Origin: Coriobacteriia bacterium
GTDB taxonomy: Bacteria; Actinomycetota; Coriobacteriia; Anaerosomatales; PALSA-660
Assembly (NCBI GenBank): GCA_025361885.1
Contig: JANYJF010000009.1
Location: 3,696-67,695 of the forward strand
Reading direction: 5' to 3'
DNA length: 64,000 nucleotides
Positions 1 through 9,007 of the stretch are shown here, piece after piece. Below the pieces are notes generated by a model that was not told the DNA's origin, did no database searches, and saw nothing but the letters and a program-made list of their open reading frames with translations. The position numbers and the translations under genes were made by a program. Position 1 is the first letter of the stretch. Every line of letters starts with the position of its first letter.

Positions 1-609
1 GGCCGACGACGGCTTGGCACGCACGATCTCCTCGAGTACCGCCGAGTAGTTCGCCAACAGAGCGGCGGTGTCGAACGAGACCTTGCCGATGCCGACGTGA
101 GCGATGCCGAACTTGTCGGCGCGGTACTCGACCTTGCCGGCCTTCAGCTCGCCTACGACGCGGGCCACGTCCATGGTGACCGTACCGAGCTTCGGGTTCG
201 GCATAAGGCCGCGGGTACCGAGTATCTTGCCGAGGCGTCCGACCTTAGCCATCATGTCCGGCGTCGCGATGGTGGCGTCGAAGTCGAGGAACCCTCCGGA
301 GATGCGCTCGATCAGGTCGTCGGCACCGACGACGTCAGCGCCCGCGGCTTCCGCCTCTTTCGCCTTGTCACCCTGCGCGAAGACGGCGACGCGGACCGTG
401 CGACCGGTGCCGTTCGGGAGCGAGACACTGCCGCGGACCTGCTGCTCGGCCTGACGGGTGTCGACACCCAGACGGAAATGGGCCTCGACGGTCTCGTCGA
501 ACTTGGCGTTGGCCAGCTCACGGACCAGGTCGAGGGCTTCCTTGGGCGAGTAGAGCCGATCGCGGTCCAAGCGCTCGCGCGCCGCCCGCATGTTCTTCGA
601 GTACTTCAT
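1..609 (-). CDS. rplA: 50S ribosomal protein L1 (uL1), C-terminus cut by window edge
   Basis: Absent from the ORF track because it runs off the left edge. Hand translation from ATG (607-609, AGGAGG about 10 nt upstream) gives [60 protein letters not shown]..., in frame to base 1. Typical uL1 N-terminus. Follows rplK as in the rplKA operon. Confidence 0.9.
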   Translation of the reverse strand, partial: MKYSKNMRAARERLDRDRLYSPKEALDLVRELANAKFDETVEAHFRLGVDTRQAEQQVRGSVSLPNGTGRTVRVAVFAQGDKAKEAEAAGADVVGADDLIERISGGFLDFDATIATPDMMAKVGRLGKILGTRGLMPNPKLGTVTMDVARVVGELKAGKVEYRADKFGIAHVGIGKVSFDTAALLANYSAVLEEIVRAKPSSA

Positions 610-704
610 GCGCTTCCTACCTCCTGTGGTCAACGGGTCGCATGGACCCTCCCACGCTATCTCTTCGCGGCCCGCTCCGGGTCCGCGGCACAACCCACAC
701 GACC

Positions 705-1127
705 CTATTCGACGACGATGCCCATCGAGCGGGCGGTGCCGGCGATGATCTTCATGGCGGCCTCGACGTCATTGGCGTTGAGGTCGACGAGCTTGGTCTG
801 GGCGATCTCGCGGACCTGATCCCAGGTCACAGTGGCGACCTTGTCGCGGTTCGGCACTGCCGAGCCCGACTCGATGCCGGCTGCCTGCTTGAGCAGGTAC
901 GCCGCCGGTGGGGTCTTCGTGATGAACGTGAAAGAGCGGTCTTCGAGAACCGTGATCTCGACGGGGGTTATGATCCCCATCTTGTCCTTGGTCGCCTCGT
1001 TGAATGCCTGGCAGAACTGCATGATGTTGACCTGGTGCTGACCCAGCGCGGGACCGACCGGCGGTGCCGGGTTGGCCTGGCCGCCAGGGATCTGCAGCTT
1101 GATGAAGCCCACGACCTTCTTAGCCAT
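705..1127 (-). CDS. rplK: 50S ribosomal protein L11 (uL11)
   Basis: 140-aa [34 protein letters not shown]..., a canonical uL11 sequence. Lies between nusG and rplA. Confidence 0.97.
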   Translation of the reverse strand: MAKKVVGFIKLQIPGGQANPAPPVGPALGQHQVNIMQFCQAFNEATKDKMGIITPVEITVLEDRSFTFITKTPPAAYLLKQAAGIESGSAVPNRDKVATVTWDQVREIAQTKLVDLNANDVEAAMKIIAGTARSMGIVVE

Positions 1128-1274
1128 CTTCGTCTCGATCCTTCACTCGCACGGCGTTCGCCCCGTTCAGGGCGGCCTGCCGAAACTGTTCGCTTCCAAT
1201 ACACGGACCCTCAGCGCCGAGAAGCCCAACCAGGCATCGTCTTGGTCGGCGGCGTGGATGCGAGTCCGACGATC

Positions 1275-1805
1275 CTAGAGCTTCGCAACCTGGTCGAACC
1301 CGAGCTCGACCGGCGTCTCCCGGCCGAATATCGAGACCATGACCTTGAGTTTGCCCTGGTCGGGGTTGACCTCGGCGATCAGTCCGTCGAACTCGGCCAA
1401 CGGGCCGGACGTGACCTTGACGGCCATGCCCTGCGCGAACTCGGTGAACGACTTTGTAGGAGCCGCGGCGCCCGCGGAACCTTGGATCTTCTTGACCTCA
1501 TCGCGCGACAGCGGTACGGGCTTGGCCTGGCTGCCTACGAATCCGGTGACACCCGGGGTGTTGCGCACGACGTACCACGAGTCATCGTCGAGCTCCATCT
1601 GAACCAGGATGTAGCCGGGGAAGACCTTCTTCTCGCTCGTGACCTTGCGGCCGCCCTGCTTGAGTTCGGTGACGGTCTCCTTCGGGATGAACACCTCGAA
1701 GATCTTGTGGGCCATGTTCATCGACTCGATGCGATGCTCGAGGTTGGCCTTGACCTTGTTCTCGTAGCCTGAATACGTGTGGATGACGTACCACTTCTTC
1801 GCCAT
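1275..1805 (-). CDS. nusG: Transcription termination/antitermination factor NusG
   Basis: 176-aa ORF with NGN domain (KWYVIHTYSGYENKVKANLE) and C-terminal KOW (VKVTSGPLAEFDGLIAEV). Conserved secE-nusG-rplK order. Confidence 0.96.
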   Translation of the reverse strand: MAKKWYVIHTYSGYENKVKANLEHRIESMNMAHKIFEVFIPKETVTELKQGGRKVTSEKKVFPGYILVQMELDDDSWYVVRNTPGVTGFVGSQAKPVPLSRDEVKKIQGSAGAAAPTKSFTEFAQGMAVKVTSGPLAEFDGLIAEVNPDQGKLKVMVSIFGRETPVELGFDQVAKL

Positions 1806-1811
1806 GCCGGG

Positions 1812-2048
1812 CTACCGTCCTATCTTGGCGAGCAGCTGGATGGCGTTCTGGGACAAGAAGTCGAGCGAGCCGACGTACATGACCATGATCACGAGCGTCA
1901 CAAGGACGACCATGCTCATGTTCACGATCTCGGGCCGGTTCGGCCACACGACCCGCTTCATCTCGGCCTTGACGTCGTTGAAGTACCGAGTCAAGCGCGC
2001 GAAGACGTTGGGCTTGGCGGCTTTGGCTGCCTGCGCCATCTCGTCCAT
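1812..2048 (-). CDS. secE: Preprotein translocase subunit SecE
   Basis: 78 aa with one C-terminal TM helix and the region VKAEMKRVVWPNRPE typical of SecE. Ends 6 nt before the nusG start. Confidence 0.88.
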   Translation of the reverse strand: MDEMAQAAKAAKPNVFARLTRYFNDVKAEMKRVVWPNRPEIVNMSMVVLVTLVIMVMYVGSLDFLSQNAIQLLAKIGR

Positions 2049-2137
2049 CCGTCCTTCCGTGTCCGACCAGTAGTTCGCCGGACCACATTTACGTCACGTG
2101 CGACGCGCCATGAGGGAAGCGGCGCGGGTCTTGAGTC

Positions 2138-2214
2138 TGGCAGGCCAGGAGGGGCTCGAACCCCCAACATCCGGTTTTGGAGACCGGCGCTCTACCAATT
2201 GGAGCTACTGGCCT
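2138..2214 (-). tRNA. tRNA-Trp (anticodon CCA)
   Basis: Minus-strand read AGGCCAGTAGCTCCAATTGGTAGAGCGCCGGTCTCCAAAACCGGATGTTGGGGGTTCGAGCCCCTCCTGGCCTGCCA. 7-bp acceptor, anticodon loop CT-CCA-AA, GTTCGAG T-loop, encoded CCA. Confidence 0.95.
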
Positions 2215-2255
2215 GTCCCGCCGCGGCTCTCGGGGAGTGCGATCACCTCTGAGGG

Positions 2256-2405
2256 CTAGCGCGTCTCCTTGTGGACCGTATGCGTGCGGCACCACTTGCA
2301 GTACTTCTTGAGCTCGATGCGCTCGGGGTTGGACTGCTTGTTCTTCTTGGTCGTGTAGTTGCGGCGTTTGCACTCGGTGCAAGCCATTGTGACGAGCGTC
2401 CTCAT
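2256..2405 (-). CDS. rpmG: 50S ribosomal protein L33 (bL33)
   Basis: Below the ORF-track size cutoff. Hand translation gives [49 protein letters not shown] (49 aa) with two CxxC pairs (zinc-ribbon L33). GGAGG lies 4 nt upstream of the ATG. Classic position between tuf and tRNA-Trp/secE. Confidence 0.9.
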   Translation of the reverse strand: MRTLVTMACTECKRRNYTTKKNKQSNPERIELKKYCKWCRTHTVHKETR

Positions 2406-2522
2406 CTGTCCTCCCGGATTGCCCGTGCAGGCGCACCCCTACAAGGGGGTGGACGGCGGCACGGTAGCGTAATCTAACACCCGCCTTCCGGCAGTGTCAA
2501 CGCGCATGGGACTTCGGTGCGA

Positions 2523-2551
2523 GCGGGGTCCGGCGTGAGGCCGGACCCCGC
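2523..2551 (-). terminator. GC-rich hairpin downstream of tuf (putative intrinsic terminator, no U-tract)
   Basis: Perfect 12-bp inverted repeat gcggggtccggc / gccggaccccgc with a 5-nt loop, about 30 nt after the tuf stop codon. Confidence 0.55.
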
Positions 2552-2581
2552 TTCGACCGATTCTACCGTTGTTCGAGCAGC

Positions 2582-3769
2582 TTACTTGATGATCTTGATG
2601 ACTCGGCCTGAGCCGACGGTGCGGCCGCCTTCGCGGATGGCGAAGCGCAGGCCCTCTTCCATCGCGATCGGGTTGATGAGCTCTCCGCGGACCTCCACGT
2701 TGTCGCCGGGCATGACCATCTCGGTGCCCTCCGGCAGATGCGCTATTCCGGTGACGTCAGTGGTGCGGAAGTAGAACTGCGGGCGGTAGCCGTCGAAGAA
2801 CGGGGTGTGACGGCCGCCTTCTTCCTTGGTCAGGATGTAGACCTGGCCCATGAAGTCGGTATGCGGGGTGATGGAACCGGGCTTGCACAGGACCTGCCCA
2901 CGCTCGATCTCGGTGCGAGCGATGCCGCGGAGCAGCACGCCGATGTTGTCGCCGGCCTCAGCCTGGTCCAGCAGCTTCCGGAACATCTCGACACCGGTCA
3001 CGACCGTCTTCTTGGTCGCGGCGTGGATGCCCACGATCTCGACCTCGTCGCCGACCTTGACGACGCCGCGCTCGACACGGCCGGTCGCCACGGTACCGCG
3101 GCCGGTGATCGTGAAGACGTCCTCGATAGCCATCAGGAACGGCTTGTCGGTGGCGCGCAGGGGCGTGGGGATGTACGTGTCGACCGCATCCATGAGCTCC
3201 CAGATGGCCTTCTTGGCATCTTCGTCACCCTCGAGGGCCTTGAGCGCGGAGCCCTTGATGACGGGAAGGTTGTCGCCATCGAACCCGTACTCGGAGAGCA
3301 GTTCGCGGACTTCCATCTCGACAAGCTCGATGAGCTCCGGGTCGTCGACCATGTCGACCTTGTTCATGAACACGACGATATACTCGACGCCGACCTGGCT
3401 CGCGAGCAGGATGTGCTCGCGGGTCTGCGGCATGGGGCCGTCGGCGGCGGACACGACCAGGATCGCGCCGTCCATCTGCGCGGCGCCGGTGATCATGTTC
3501 TTGACGTAGTCAGCGTGACCCGGGCAGTCGACGTGCGCGTAGTGACGATTCGTGGTCTCGTACTCCACGTGGGCGATAGCGATGGTGATGCCGCGCTCGC
3601 GCTCTTCGGGGGCCTTGTCGATCTGGTCGAACGGCGTGTACTCCGCGAAGCCCTTCTCGGCCAGGGTCTTGGTGATGGCCGCGGTCAGTGTCGTCTTGCC
3701 ATGGTCGACGTGACCGATGGTACCGACGTTCACGTGCGGCTTGGTGCGCTCGAACTTCTTCTTCGCCAT
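2582..3769 (-). CDS. tuf: Elongation factor Tu
   Basis: 395-aa [35 protein letters not shown]... with G1-G4 motifs ([17 protein letters not shown]). AAGGAGGAG RBS. Confidence 0.99.
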   Translation of the reverse strand: MAKKKFERTKPHVNVGTIGHVDHGKTTLTAAITKTLAEKGFAEYTPFDQIDKAPEERERGITIAIAHVEYETTNRHYAHVDCPGHADYVKNMITGAAQMDGAILVVSAADGPMPQTREHILLASQVGVEYIVVFMNKVDMVDDPELIELVEMEVRELLSEYGFDGDNLPVIKGSALKALEGDEDAKKAIWELMDAVDTYIPTPLRATDKPFLMAIEDVFTITGRGTVATGRVERGVVKVGDEVEIVGIHAATKKTVVTGVEMFRKLLDQAEAGDNIGVLLRGIARTEIERGQVLCKPGSITPHTDFMGQVYILTKEEGGRHTPFFDGYRPQFYFRTTDVTGIAHLPEGTEMVMPGDNVEVRGELINPIAMEEGLRFAIREGGRTVGSGRVIKIIK

Positions 3770-3918
3770 GAGTCTCCTCCTTAGAGCCTTCAGCGGCGGT
3801 CGCCGCGCCTCGCGCGGCAGCCTGGTGGGCCTTCGACGGCCTGTCTGCTTCCATCTCGTGCACGTGCGGTCGTGCTATACGACGATCGACCGGCCGTCAG
3901 CGCGGACGTCGATTGCGG

Positions 3919-3995
3919 TTGGTAGCGGTGGCTGGACTCGAACCAGCGACTCCGCGGGTATGAACCGCGTGCTCTGACCAACTGAGCTACACCGC
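3919..3995 (-). tRNA. tRNA-Met (anticodon CAT)
   Basis: GGCGGTGTAGCTCAGTTGGTCAGAGCACGCGGTTCATACCCGCGGAGTCGCTGGTTCGAGTCCAGCCACCGCTACCA. Cloverleaf with anticodon loop TT-CAT-AC. A CAT anticodon could also be tRNA-Ile2, which cannot be distinguished here. Confidence 0.88.
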
Positions 3996-4036
3996 CACGC
4001 AGCCGTACCCACAGGTCGGGGCGGCTGGATCTTTGC

Positions 4037-4112
4037 TGGAGCCCACAACCGGACTCGAACCGGTGACCTCTTCCTTACCAAGGAAGTGCTCTGCCAACTG
4101 AGCTATGTGGGC
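4037..4112 (-). tRNA. tRNA-Thr (anticodon GGT)
   Basis: GCCCACATAGCTCAGTTGGCAGAGCACTTCCTTGGTAAGGAAGAGGTCACCGGTTCGAGTCCGGTTGTGGGCTCCA. Acceptor GCCCACA/TGTGGGC, anticodon loop TT-GGT-AA. Confidence 0.95.
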
Positions 4113-4117
4113 GATGC

Positions 4118-4202
4118 TGGTGGGGGCGCTAGGATTCGAACCTAGGTAGGCGTAGCCAACGGGTTTACAGCCCGTCCCCTTTAGCCACTCGGGCACACCC
4201 CC
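4118..4202 (-). tRNA. tRNA-Tyr (anticodon GTA), long variable arm
   Basis: GGGGGTGTGCCCGAGTGGCTAAAGGGGACGGGCTGTAAACCCGTTGGCTACGCCTACCTAGGTTCGAATCCTAGCGCCCCCACCA. Anticodon loop CT-GTA-AA, class II variable arm. Confidence 0.93.
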
Positions 4203-4369
4203 AACAAGAAAAAAGCCCTCTATTCGCGGTTTCAAGTTGCCAGCCCTGCGAAAAGGCAAGCGAATGGTACTGCGTGGCCTAGTCCAAGTCAACGACGACA
4301 ACGCCTCCGGGCGTAGCTCACATTTCGGGACGCGGGCGGCTCGGGGATCCACGAGAGGAAGAAGCGCCG

Positions 4370-4996
4370 TCAGTGGGGGGACAGCCGCTCGAAGACGCGC
4401 CTCTCCACCGTGATGCCCGGAATCGCGGCGTCGATGTCGCCGATCGGCACGATCCTGCACCACCCGGAGTGGTCCCCTCGCACGACAGGGCGCGACGTGT
4501 ATCGCTCATTGTTGAGTTCGAACCACCCACGCAGAGCGGCGATAGGCAGTATGTGCAGTTCGTCGCGATCGACGGCGAGCTCCGAGAAGAAAAGCTCGTC
4601 AGGTTCGTCCATGAGCGCGGCGACCTCGTCCTGGGGCTGAGACACAGCGATGAAGTAGTAGTAGGCATCGTCGGCGGTGGAGGAGAATACCCACCCGGGC
4701 TCGCGCGTGACATGATGCGCGATGGTCTCGAGAGCGTAGGCGCCGACGGGTTTGCGATAGAAGGTCAGCGTCCGATCCTCGCACTTGTCCGGATCTGTGC
4801 CGAAGTATGGGTCCGGCTGGACCTTGATGCGCGTGCTGCGGCCCGCCCGTGTGCACACGATGTCCACGCCCGCCAGCTTGAGCGGGTCGAATTCGGACTC
4901 GACGATCAGGATCCCGGTCGCGCCAGCATCGGCCAGATAGCGGCCGACGATCCGGTCCGCGACGGCCTGCAGAAGCGTTCCCCCCGTGCGCTTCAA
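4370..4996 (-). CDS. Hypothetical protein (208 aa, no recognisable domain)
   Basis: Long ORF with G/C-rich third positions. TTG start preceded by GGGGAGGGG. The sequence (MKRTGGTLLQAVADRIVGRYL...) has no motif I can assign. Confidence 0.6.
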   Translation of the reverse strand: MKRTGGTLLQAVADRIVGRYLADAGATGILIVESEFDPLKLAGVDIVCTRAGRSTRIKVQPDPYFGTDPDKCEDRTLTFYRKPVGAYALETIAHHVTREPGWVFSSTADDAYYYFIAVSQPQDEVAALMDEPDELFFSELAVDRDELHILPIAALRGWFELNNERYTSRPVVRGDHSGWCRIVPIGDIDAAIPGITVERRVFERLSPH

Positions 4997-5021
4997 TGCC
5001 CCTCCCCTATGTTCGCCCGGA

Positions 5022-5435
5022 TCAGCCGCTCAAGCGCTCATCGGCCACACGCAGACGGCGACTGAGCACCTCCAGCAGCTTGATCGCGATGGATGGATGC
5101 TTCTCGAGCAGCGCCTTGAAGTCCCAACTCGACAACATGAGGCACCGGGTCTTCTCGAGCGCGTGGATCGTCGCGGAACGTGGCGCCTGGTCGAGCAGGG
5201 CCATCTCCCCGAAGAAGTCCCCGGGACTGAACGATCCCAACGAGCGGCCGTCGCGCGCGATCTCGACGCGGCCCTCGAGGACCATGTAGAAAGCCTGCCC
5301 GGGGGTGCCTTGGGTCACGATGATCTGGCCCGCCTCGAACGGATGCTCTTGGGCGACCGCCGCTATCGCCGAGATCTCGGCTGGCGTGCAGTTCGAGAAT
5401 ATCGGTACTCGGGCGAGGAACTCATCATGACCCAT
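5022..5435 (-). CDS. Stand-alone cyclic-nucleotide-binding (cNMP/CAP effector) domain protein
   Basis: The real start is the internal ATG at 5433-5435 (AGGAGG upstream), and the longer 412-aa track ORF is an artefact. 137 aa: MGHDEFLARVPIFSNCTPAEI...GDFFGEMALLDQAPRSATIHALE..., the canonical cNMP-binding beta-barrel (FGE...RSA). No HTH follows. Confidence 0.88.
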   Translation of the reverse strand: MGHDEFLARVPIFSNCTPAEISAIAAVAQEHPFEAGQIIVTQGTPGQAFYMVLEGRVEIARDGRSLGSFSPGDFFGEMALLDQAPRSATIHALEKTRCLMLSSWDFKALLEKHPSIAIKLLEVLSRRLRVADERLSG

Positions 5436-5567
5436 AGGTCCTCCTGATCGTCTCGGCCTGTCCATCATAGCGCCTTGGATGCCCCTCGCACGCAGGCCGT
5501 CCACCGAAGTGCTCTCGATGATGCACAATGGACGCACGTGACCTCCGCGCGCATTGGGAGTGTATGA

Positions 5568-6332
5568 ATGGCCCTGTTCCTGGACCTGCTGCTGGGACAT
5601 ATGCTCGGGGACTTCCTGCTGCAGCCCGGCAAGCTGGTCGCTGCGAAGCGCGACGGCTGGCCGGGAGTGTTCCTGCACTCCGGCGTGGTTGGTGTCGTGA
5701 CCGCTCTCGTCACTTTGGGCACACTGCGCCGCGACTGGTTCGCCATCGTCGCGGTCACGCTCGCGCACATGCTGATAGAGAAGATCACCATCCTCGCATA
5801 CGAGAAGACCCCCACCCGGGGACTGTTCACACTCTTGTTCGACCAGTCGCTCCATGTCCTGTCGATCAGCGCGATCGTACTGGCCGGAGGCGGGCTTGAA
5901 CCCCGCGCGACCGCGATGCTGCTCGGGTTCCCTGTCGCGACACGGGTCCTCGCGATCATCGTCGGCCTGGTCACGGTGATGCTGGCCGGCTCGATCCTGG
6001 CGTTCGAAGCCGGCAACGCACTGGAGCCGGGCGGCTCGAAGGGTGCGCTGCTGACGCTGGACCTGGCAAGGACCGTCGGGATGGTCGAACGGGGCGGAGC
6101 CGTGGCGCTGGCGCTCGTCGCCGGACCCGCCCTCGGTTCCATGGTGTTCCTGCCACGAGCGATCTGGGCCATGACGCTCACTCCCAAGGAGCGCGCACGA
6201 CAACTCGCACAGACAGCGGCGGGGCTCCTGCTCTGCGCGTTCGTCCTCTTCGGGATCCACGCGGTTACGACGCTGGCTGACGCGGGCAGCCCGCCGGTCT
6301 GGGCGTGGCCGTCATGGAATGCCGGCTCTTGA
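5568..6332 (+). CDS. DUF3307-family integral membrane protein
   Basis: 254 aa, multi-TM. N-terminal LLGHMLGDFLLQP matches the H-x3-DF-x2-Q signature I associate with DUF3307. GGGAG RBS 7 nt upstream. Confidence 0.75.
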   Translation: MALFLDLLLGHMLGDFLLQPGKLVAAKRDGWPGVFLHSGVVGVVTALVTLGTLRRDWFAIVAVTLAHMLIEKITILAYEKTPTRGLFTLLFDQSLHVLSISAIVLAGGGLEPRATAMLLGFPVATRVLAIIVGLVTVMLAGSILAFEAGNALEPGGSKGALLTLDLARTVGMVERGGAVALALVAGPALGSMVFLPRAIWAMTLTPKERARQLAQTAAGLLLCAFVLFGIHAVTTLADAGSPPVWAWPSWNAGS

Positions 6333-6378
6333 GCGCCGTGGAGCCGCACGGCACCGATCCGATCGAGGTGAGGGCACG

Positions 6379-7938
6379 ATGAGCAGGACCCGGACACAGC
6401 GACGGCACTCGGGTGTGCTGCCCTGGTTGCGGGCACTCGCGTTCGGAGTGACTGCCATGGCGGGTCTGGTCGCAGTGCCGTTCTATCCTCTGCCGGTGGC
6501 GGTGGGCCTGGCCTTGGCGGTCGCGCTCCTGGGCCGGTTCACTCCGGAGCTGGGCGTCTTGGCGGTGGTGATCGCGCTGTCCGTGTCGCTTGCCGCCGCC
6601 GATCTGGTAGCCGGGGCACTCTTCTTGGTCGTCGGAGTGAGCACGATCCAGTACCTCGGTGAGCGGCAGGGGCGGGTGTACATGGTCGTGGCGATGGCAT
6701 TCGTGGGCGCGCTGGCGGGCGTGCCCTGGGCCGTGGTGGCGGCCGCCGGGCTCATCATGGGCGTCAGTGACGGCGCGATCGCCGCGCTCTTCGCCTGCCT
6801 GGTCATCGAGGTCGCCGGCATCATGACCGGAGTGCCCTCCTTTGGCGTGGTGGCGACCTCCGGCAGTCACCCCGGCGTCGTCGACGTCGCATACCTGCGG
6901 TCCATCCCTTCGCCGCTGGCGTTCGGCTGGCTGGGAGCGGCCGCCAACCGGATAGACATCGACTCATTCCTGAAGACGGCCCTTGGCGCGCGGGATCTGG
7001 TGACCTTCGTCGGCCAGCCAGTGGTGTGGGCGGTCGGGGCTGCGGTCACCGGGCTCCTAGTCAAGCCCGTCGGAGACCGGAAGCGTCGTGTCACAGCCTT
7101 GGCGGCGGCCGCGGCGGGTGTGGCCGTCCTGGCCGTTGGCACAGCGGCGCTCGGCGCTGTCGCCGGTCGAACGGTGGACGCCGTCGCGGTGATCGCTGTC
7201 GGCGCTCTCTCCCTCGCGGCGGCCGTCGGATTCGCCGCCACCTCCGAGTGGGTGTTCACCCCCTCGATCGTCGAGCCAGTTGCGCCGAGGGAAGCGCCTC
7301 GCATGAGCACTGAGGACGCGGACGTGGACGATCTGTTGAGGATGATCTCGTCGGCCGAAGAGGAACTGGCCAGTAAGCACACGGCCGTTCGCACGGTGCT
7401 CATGACGGACATGAAGTCATTCTCGCGGATGACTCAGGACCTAGGCAGCACCGAGACCGCGAAAAAGGTGCAGCGTCACCGCGACCTGCTTCTGCCGATC
7501 ATCGAGGCGCACGGAGGCAGAGGCAAGTCGGCGGGTGGCGACGGGCTGCTGGCGGCCTTCGACTCGCCTCCCCAGGCAGTCGCGGCCGCGGTCGAGATGC
7601 AGCGGACTCTCGACGCACACAATCGCACGCATCCGGGCGACGAGCCGATCCTCGTTCGCATGGGCGTGGCCGAGGGCGAGGTCGTGCTCGATCGCGGAGG
7701 CAAGCCCTTTCTGGGAGACGCGCTCAACCTGGCGGCACGGATCATGAGCCTCGCGGATGGCGAGCAGGTCTTCGCCTCGCTCGATGTGTTCGAGAGAGCC
7801 GGGGACCTGCCCTACGGTGGAGTCGACCACGGCGAGTTCCGGCTCAAGAACATCTCGACCGCGGTGGATGTGGTCGAGCTGCTGTGGACGGAAGGGCAGC
7901 TGGCTCGCGCTCCGCTCGACGAGAGTCCGGGAGCATAG
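6379..7938 (+). CDS. Membrane-anchored class III adenylate/guanylate cyclase
   Basis: About 6 N-terminal TM helices, then a cyclase homology domain (VLMTDMKSFSRM...GGDGLLAAFDSP...GEVV...GDALNLAARI). Start is uncertain: ATG 6379 with GAGG upstream is preferred over the track start at 6319. Confidence 0.88.
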   Translation: MSRTRTQRRHSGVLPWLRALAFGVTAMAGLVAVPFYPLPVAVGLALAVALLGRFTPELGVLAVVIALSVSLAAADLVAGALFLVVGVSTIQYLGERQGRVYMVVAMAFVGALAGVPWAVVAAAGLIMGVSDGAIAALFACLVIEVAGIMTGVPSFGVVATSGSHPGVVDVAYLRSIPSPLAFGWLGAAANRIDIDSFLKTALGARDLVTFVGQPVVWAVGAAVTGLLVKPVGDRKRRVTALAAAAAGVAVLAVGTAALGAVAGRTVDAVAVIAVGALSLAAAVGFAATSEWVFTPSIVEPVAPREAPRMSTEDADVDDLLRMISSAEEELASKHTAVRTVLMTDMKSFSRMTQDLGSTETAKKVQRHRDLLLPIIEAHGGRGKSAGGDGLLAAFDSPPQAVAAAVEMQRTLDAHNRTHPGDEPILVRMGVAEGEVVLDRGGKPFLGDALNLAARIMSLADGEQVFASLDVFERAGDLPYGGVDHGEFRLKNISTAVDVVELLWTEGQLARAPLDESPGA

Positions 7939-7966
7939 CCTGCGCGCGATGCGCGACGAACGTCAC

Positions 7967-8001
7967 GGCGCTCGCCGGACCATGGAGGTCCGGCGAGCGC
8001 C
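7967..8001. terminator. Bidirectional GC-rich hairpin between convergent cyclase gene and tRNA-Thr
   Basis: Perfect 15-bp inverted repeat ggcgctcgccggacc / ggtccggcgagcgcc with loop atgga. Lies 29 nt after the cyclase stop and 13 nt after the tRNA 3' end. Confidence 0.6.
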
Positions 8002-8013
8002 GGTGCGATGCCC

Positions 8014-8088
8014 TGGAGCTGGCGAGGGGATTTGAACCCCTAACCTACTGATTACAAGTCAGTTGCGCTACCGTTGCGCCACGCCAGC
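8014..8088 (-). tRNA. tRNA-Thr (anticodon TGT)
   Basis: GCTGGCGTGGCGCAACGGTAGCGCAACTGACTTGTAATCAGTAGGTTAGGGGTTCAAATCCCCTCGCCAGCTCCA. Anticodon loop CT-TGT-AA. Confidence 0.93.
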
Positions 8089-8140
8089 GGGTGCGCACCA
8101 TTGTATGCGCTGCCGACGGCGAGGCGCCACGGGCTGGGCT

Positions 8141-8794
8141 TCAGCAAGCTCGGCTCCGGCGGATCTGGATCTCCACCTTGCGCTTCACGCGCTGCAGCGC
8201 GTTGTCGATCGACTTGACGTGGCGGCTGAGCATGCCGGCGATCTCCTGGTATGACTTGCCGTCGACGTACAGGCGGAGCACCTCCGACTCGAACGAAGAG
8301 AGGACCTCCGTGAAGCCTGCCTTGATGCTGGCGGCTTCCCACGCCGAGATGACGATCTCGGCCGGGTCGCAGACCTCTTTGGCGGCCAGGATGTCGGAAA
8401 GGACTCGGTCTCCCTCGTCTTCCGGGGTCGCGGATCGGTGCAGCGACACATACGAGTTGAGCGGTGAGTGCTTCTGTCTCGTCGCCGTCTTGATGGCGGT
8501 GATGAGCTGGCGGGTCACGCACAGCTCCGCGAAGGACCGGAAAGAGGACTGGCGCTCGGCCTTGTAGTCTCTGATGGCCTTGTAGAGGCCGATCATACCT
8601 TCCTGGATGACATCGTCCCGGTCGGCGCCTGCGAGGAAATAGGAGCGCGCCTTGCACCTGACGAAGCTGCGGTACTTGGTCATGAGAGCCGCGCTGGCGC
8701 CCTCATCACCCGATTGTGCTGCCAAGATGAGTGCGAGTTCCCCCTCCGCACCTCTGGCGTGACAGCGACGGACGCTGATGCCTTGTGCTTCCAT
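8141..8794 (-). CDS. sigH: Sigma-70 family sigma factor, Bacillus SigH-like
   Basis: 217 aa. KYRSFVRCKARSYFLAGADRDDVIQEGMIGLYKAIRDYKAERQSSFRSFAELCVTRQLITAIKTATRQKHSPLNSYVSL and SYQEIAGMLSRHVKSIDNALQRVKRKV are near-identical in pattern to B. subtilis sigma-H as I remember it. Same position after yacP as in Bacillus. ATG with GGGAGG RBS. Confidence 0.85.
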   Translation of the reverse strand: MEAQGISVRRCHARGAEGELALILAAQSGDEGASAALMTKYRSFVRCKARSYFLAGADRDDVIQEGMIGLYKAIRDYKAERQSSFRSFAELCVTRQLITAIKTATRQKHSPLNSYVSLHRSATPEDEGDRVLSDILAAKEVCDPAEIVISAWEAASIKAGFTEVLSSFESEVLRLYVDGKSYQEIAGMLSRHVKSIDNALQRVKRKVEIQIRRSRAC

Positions 8795-9007
8795 TCACGT
8801 ACCTCCCTCGAAGGACCCCCGTTGCGTGAGGGGAAGGCGTATGACCCGGTCCCGGCAGACCTGATGGGTCGACTTCGACGATAGGCACGGCGCCAGAAGG
8901 GGTCAAGCGATTCGAGGAAGCCTGAAAGAGCCTTACACGGGCAGGGCCGGATGGGTGCTATGGGAGGATGAGCGGCTCCCAATGCTGTGCGAAAGTTAGC
9001 GCGCCGC

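Noticed and set aside
5436-6260. N-terminal extensions of track ORFs. Examples are 5022-6260, 14040-15005, 23209-23757, 26243-27235, 32750-34432, 59455-60699, 60309-62120, 48724-50820 and 29509-30633.
   Set aside because: - In each case an internal ATG or GTG with a good Shine-Dalgarno sequence gives a product that starts where the protein family normally starts.
- The extension overlaps the upstream gene or a tRNA and is Arg/Pro-rich.
4203-8013. tRNA-flanked insert considered as a genomic island or mobile element.
   Set aside because: - There is no integrase, transposase or recombinase, and no direct repeat of a tRNA 3' end.
- Codon style does not visibly differ from the flanks.
- It is reported only as a synteny break.
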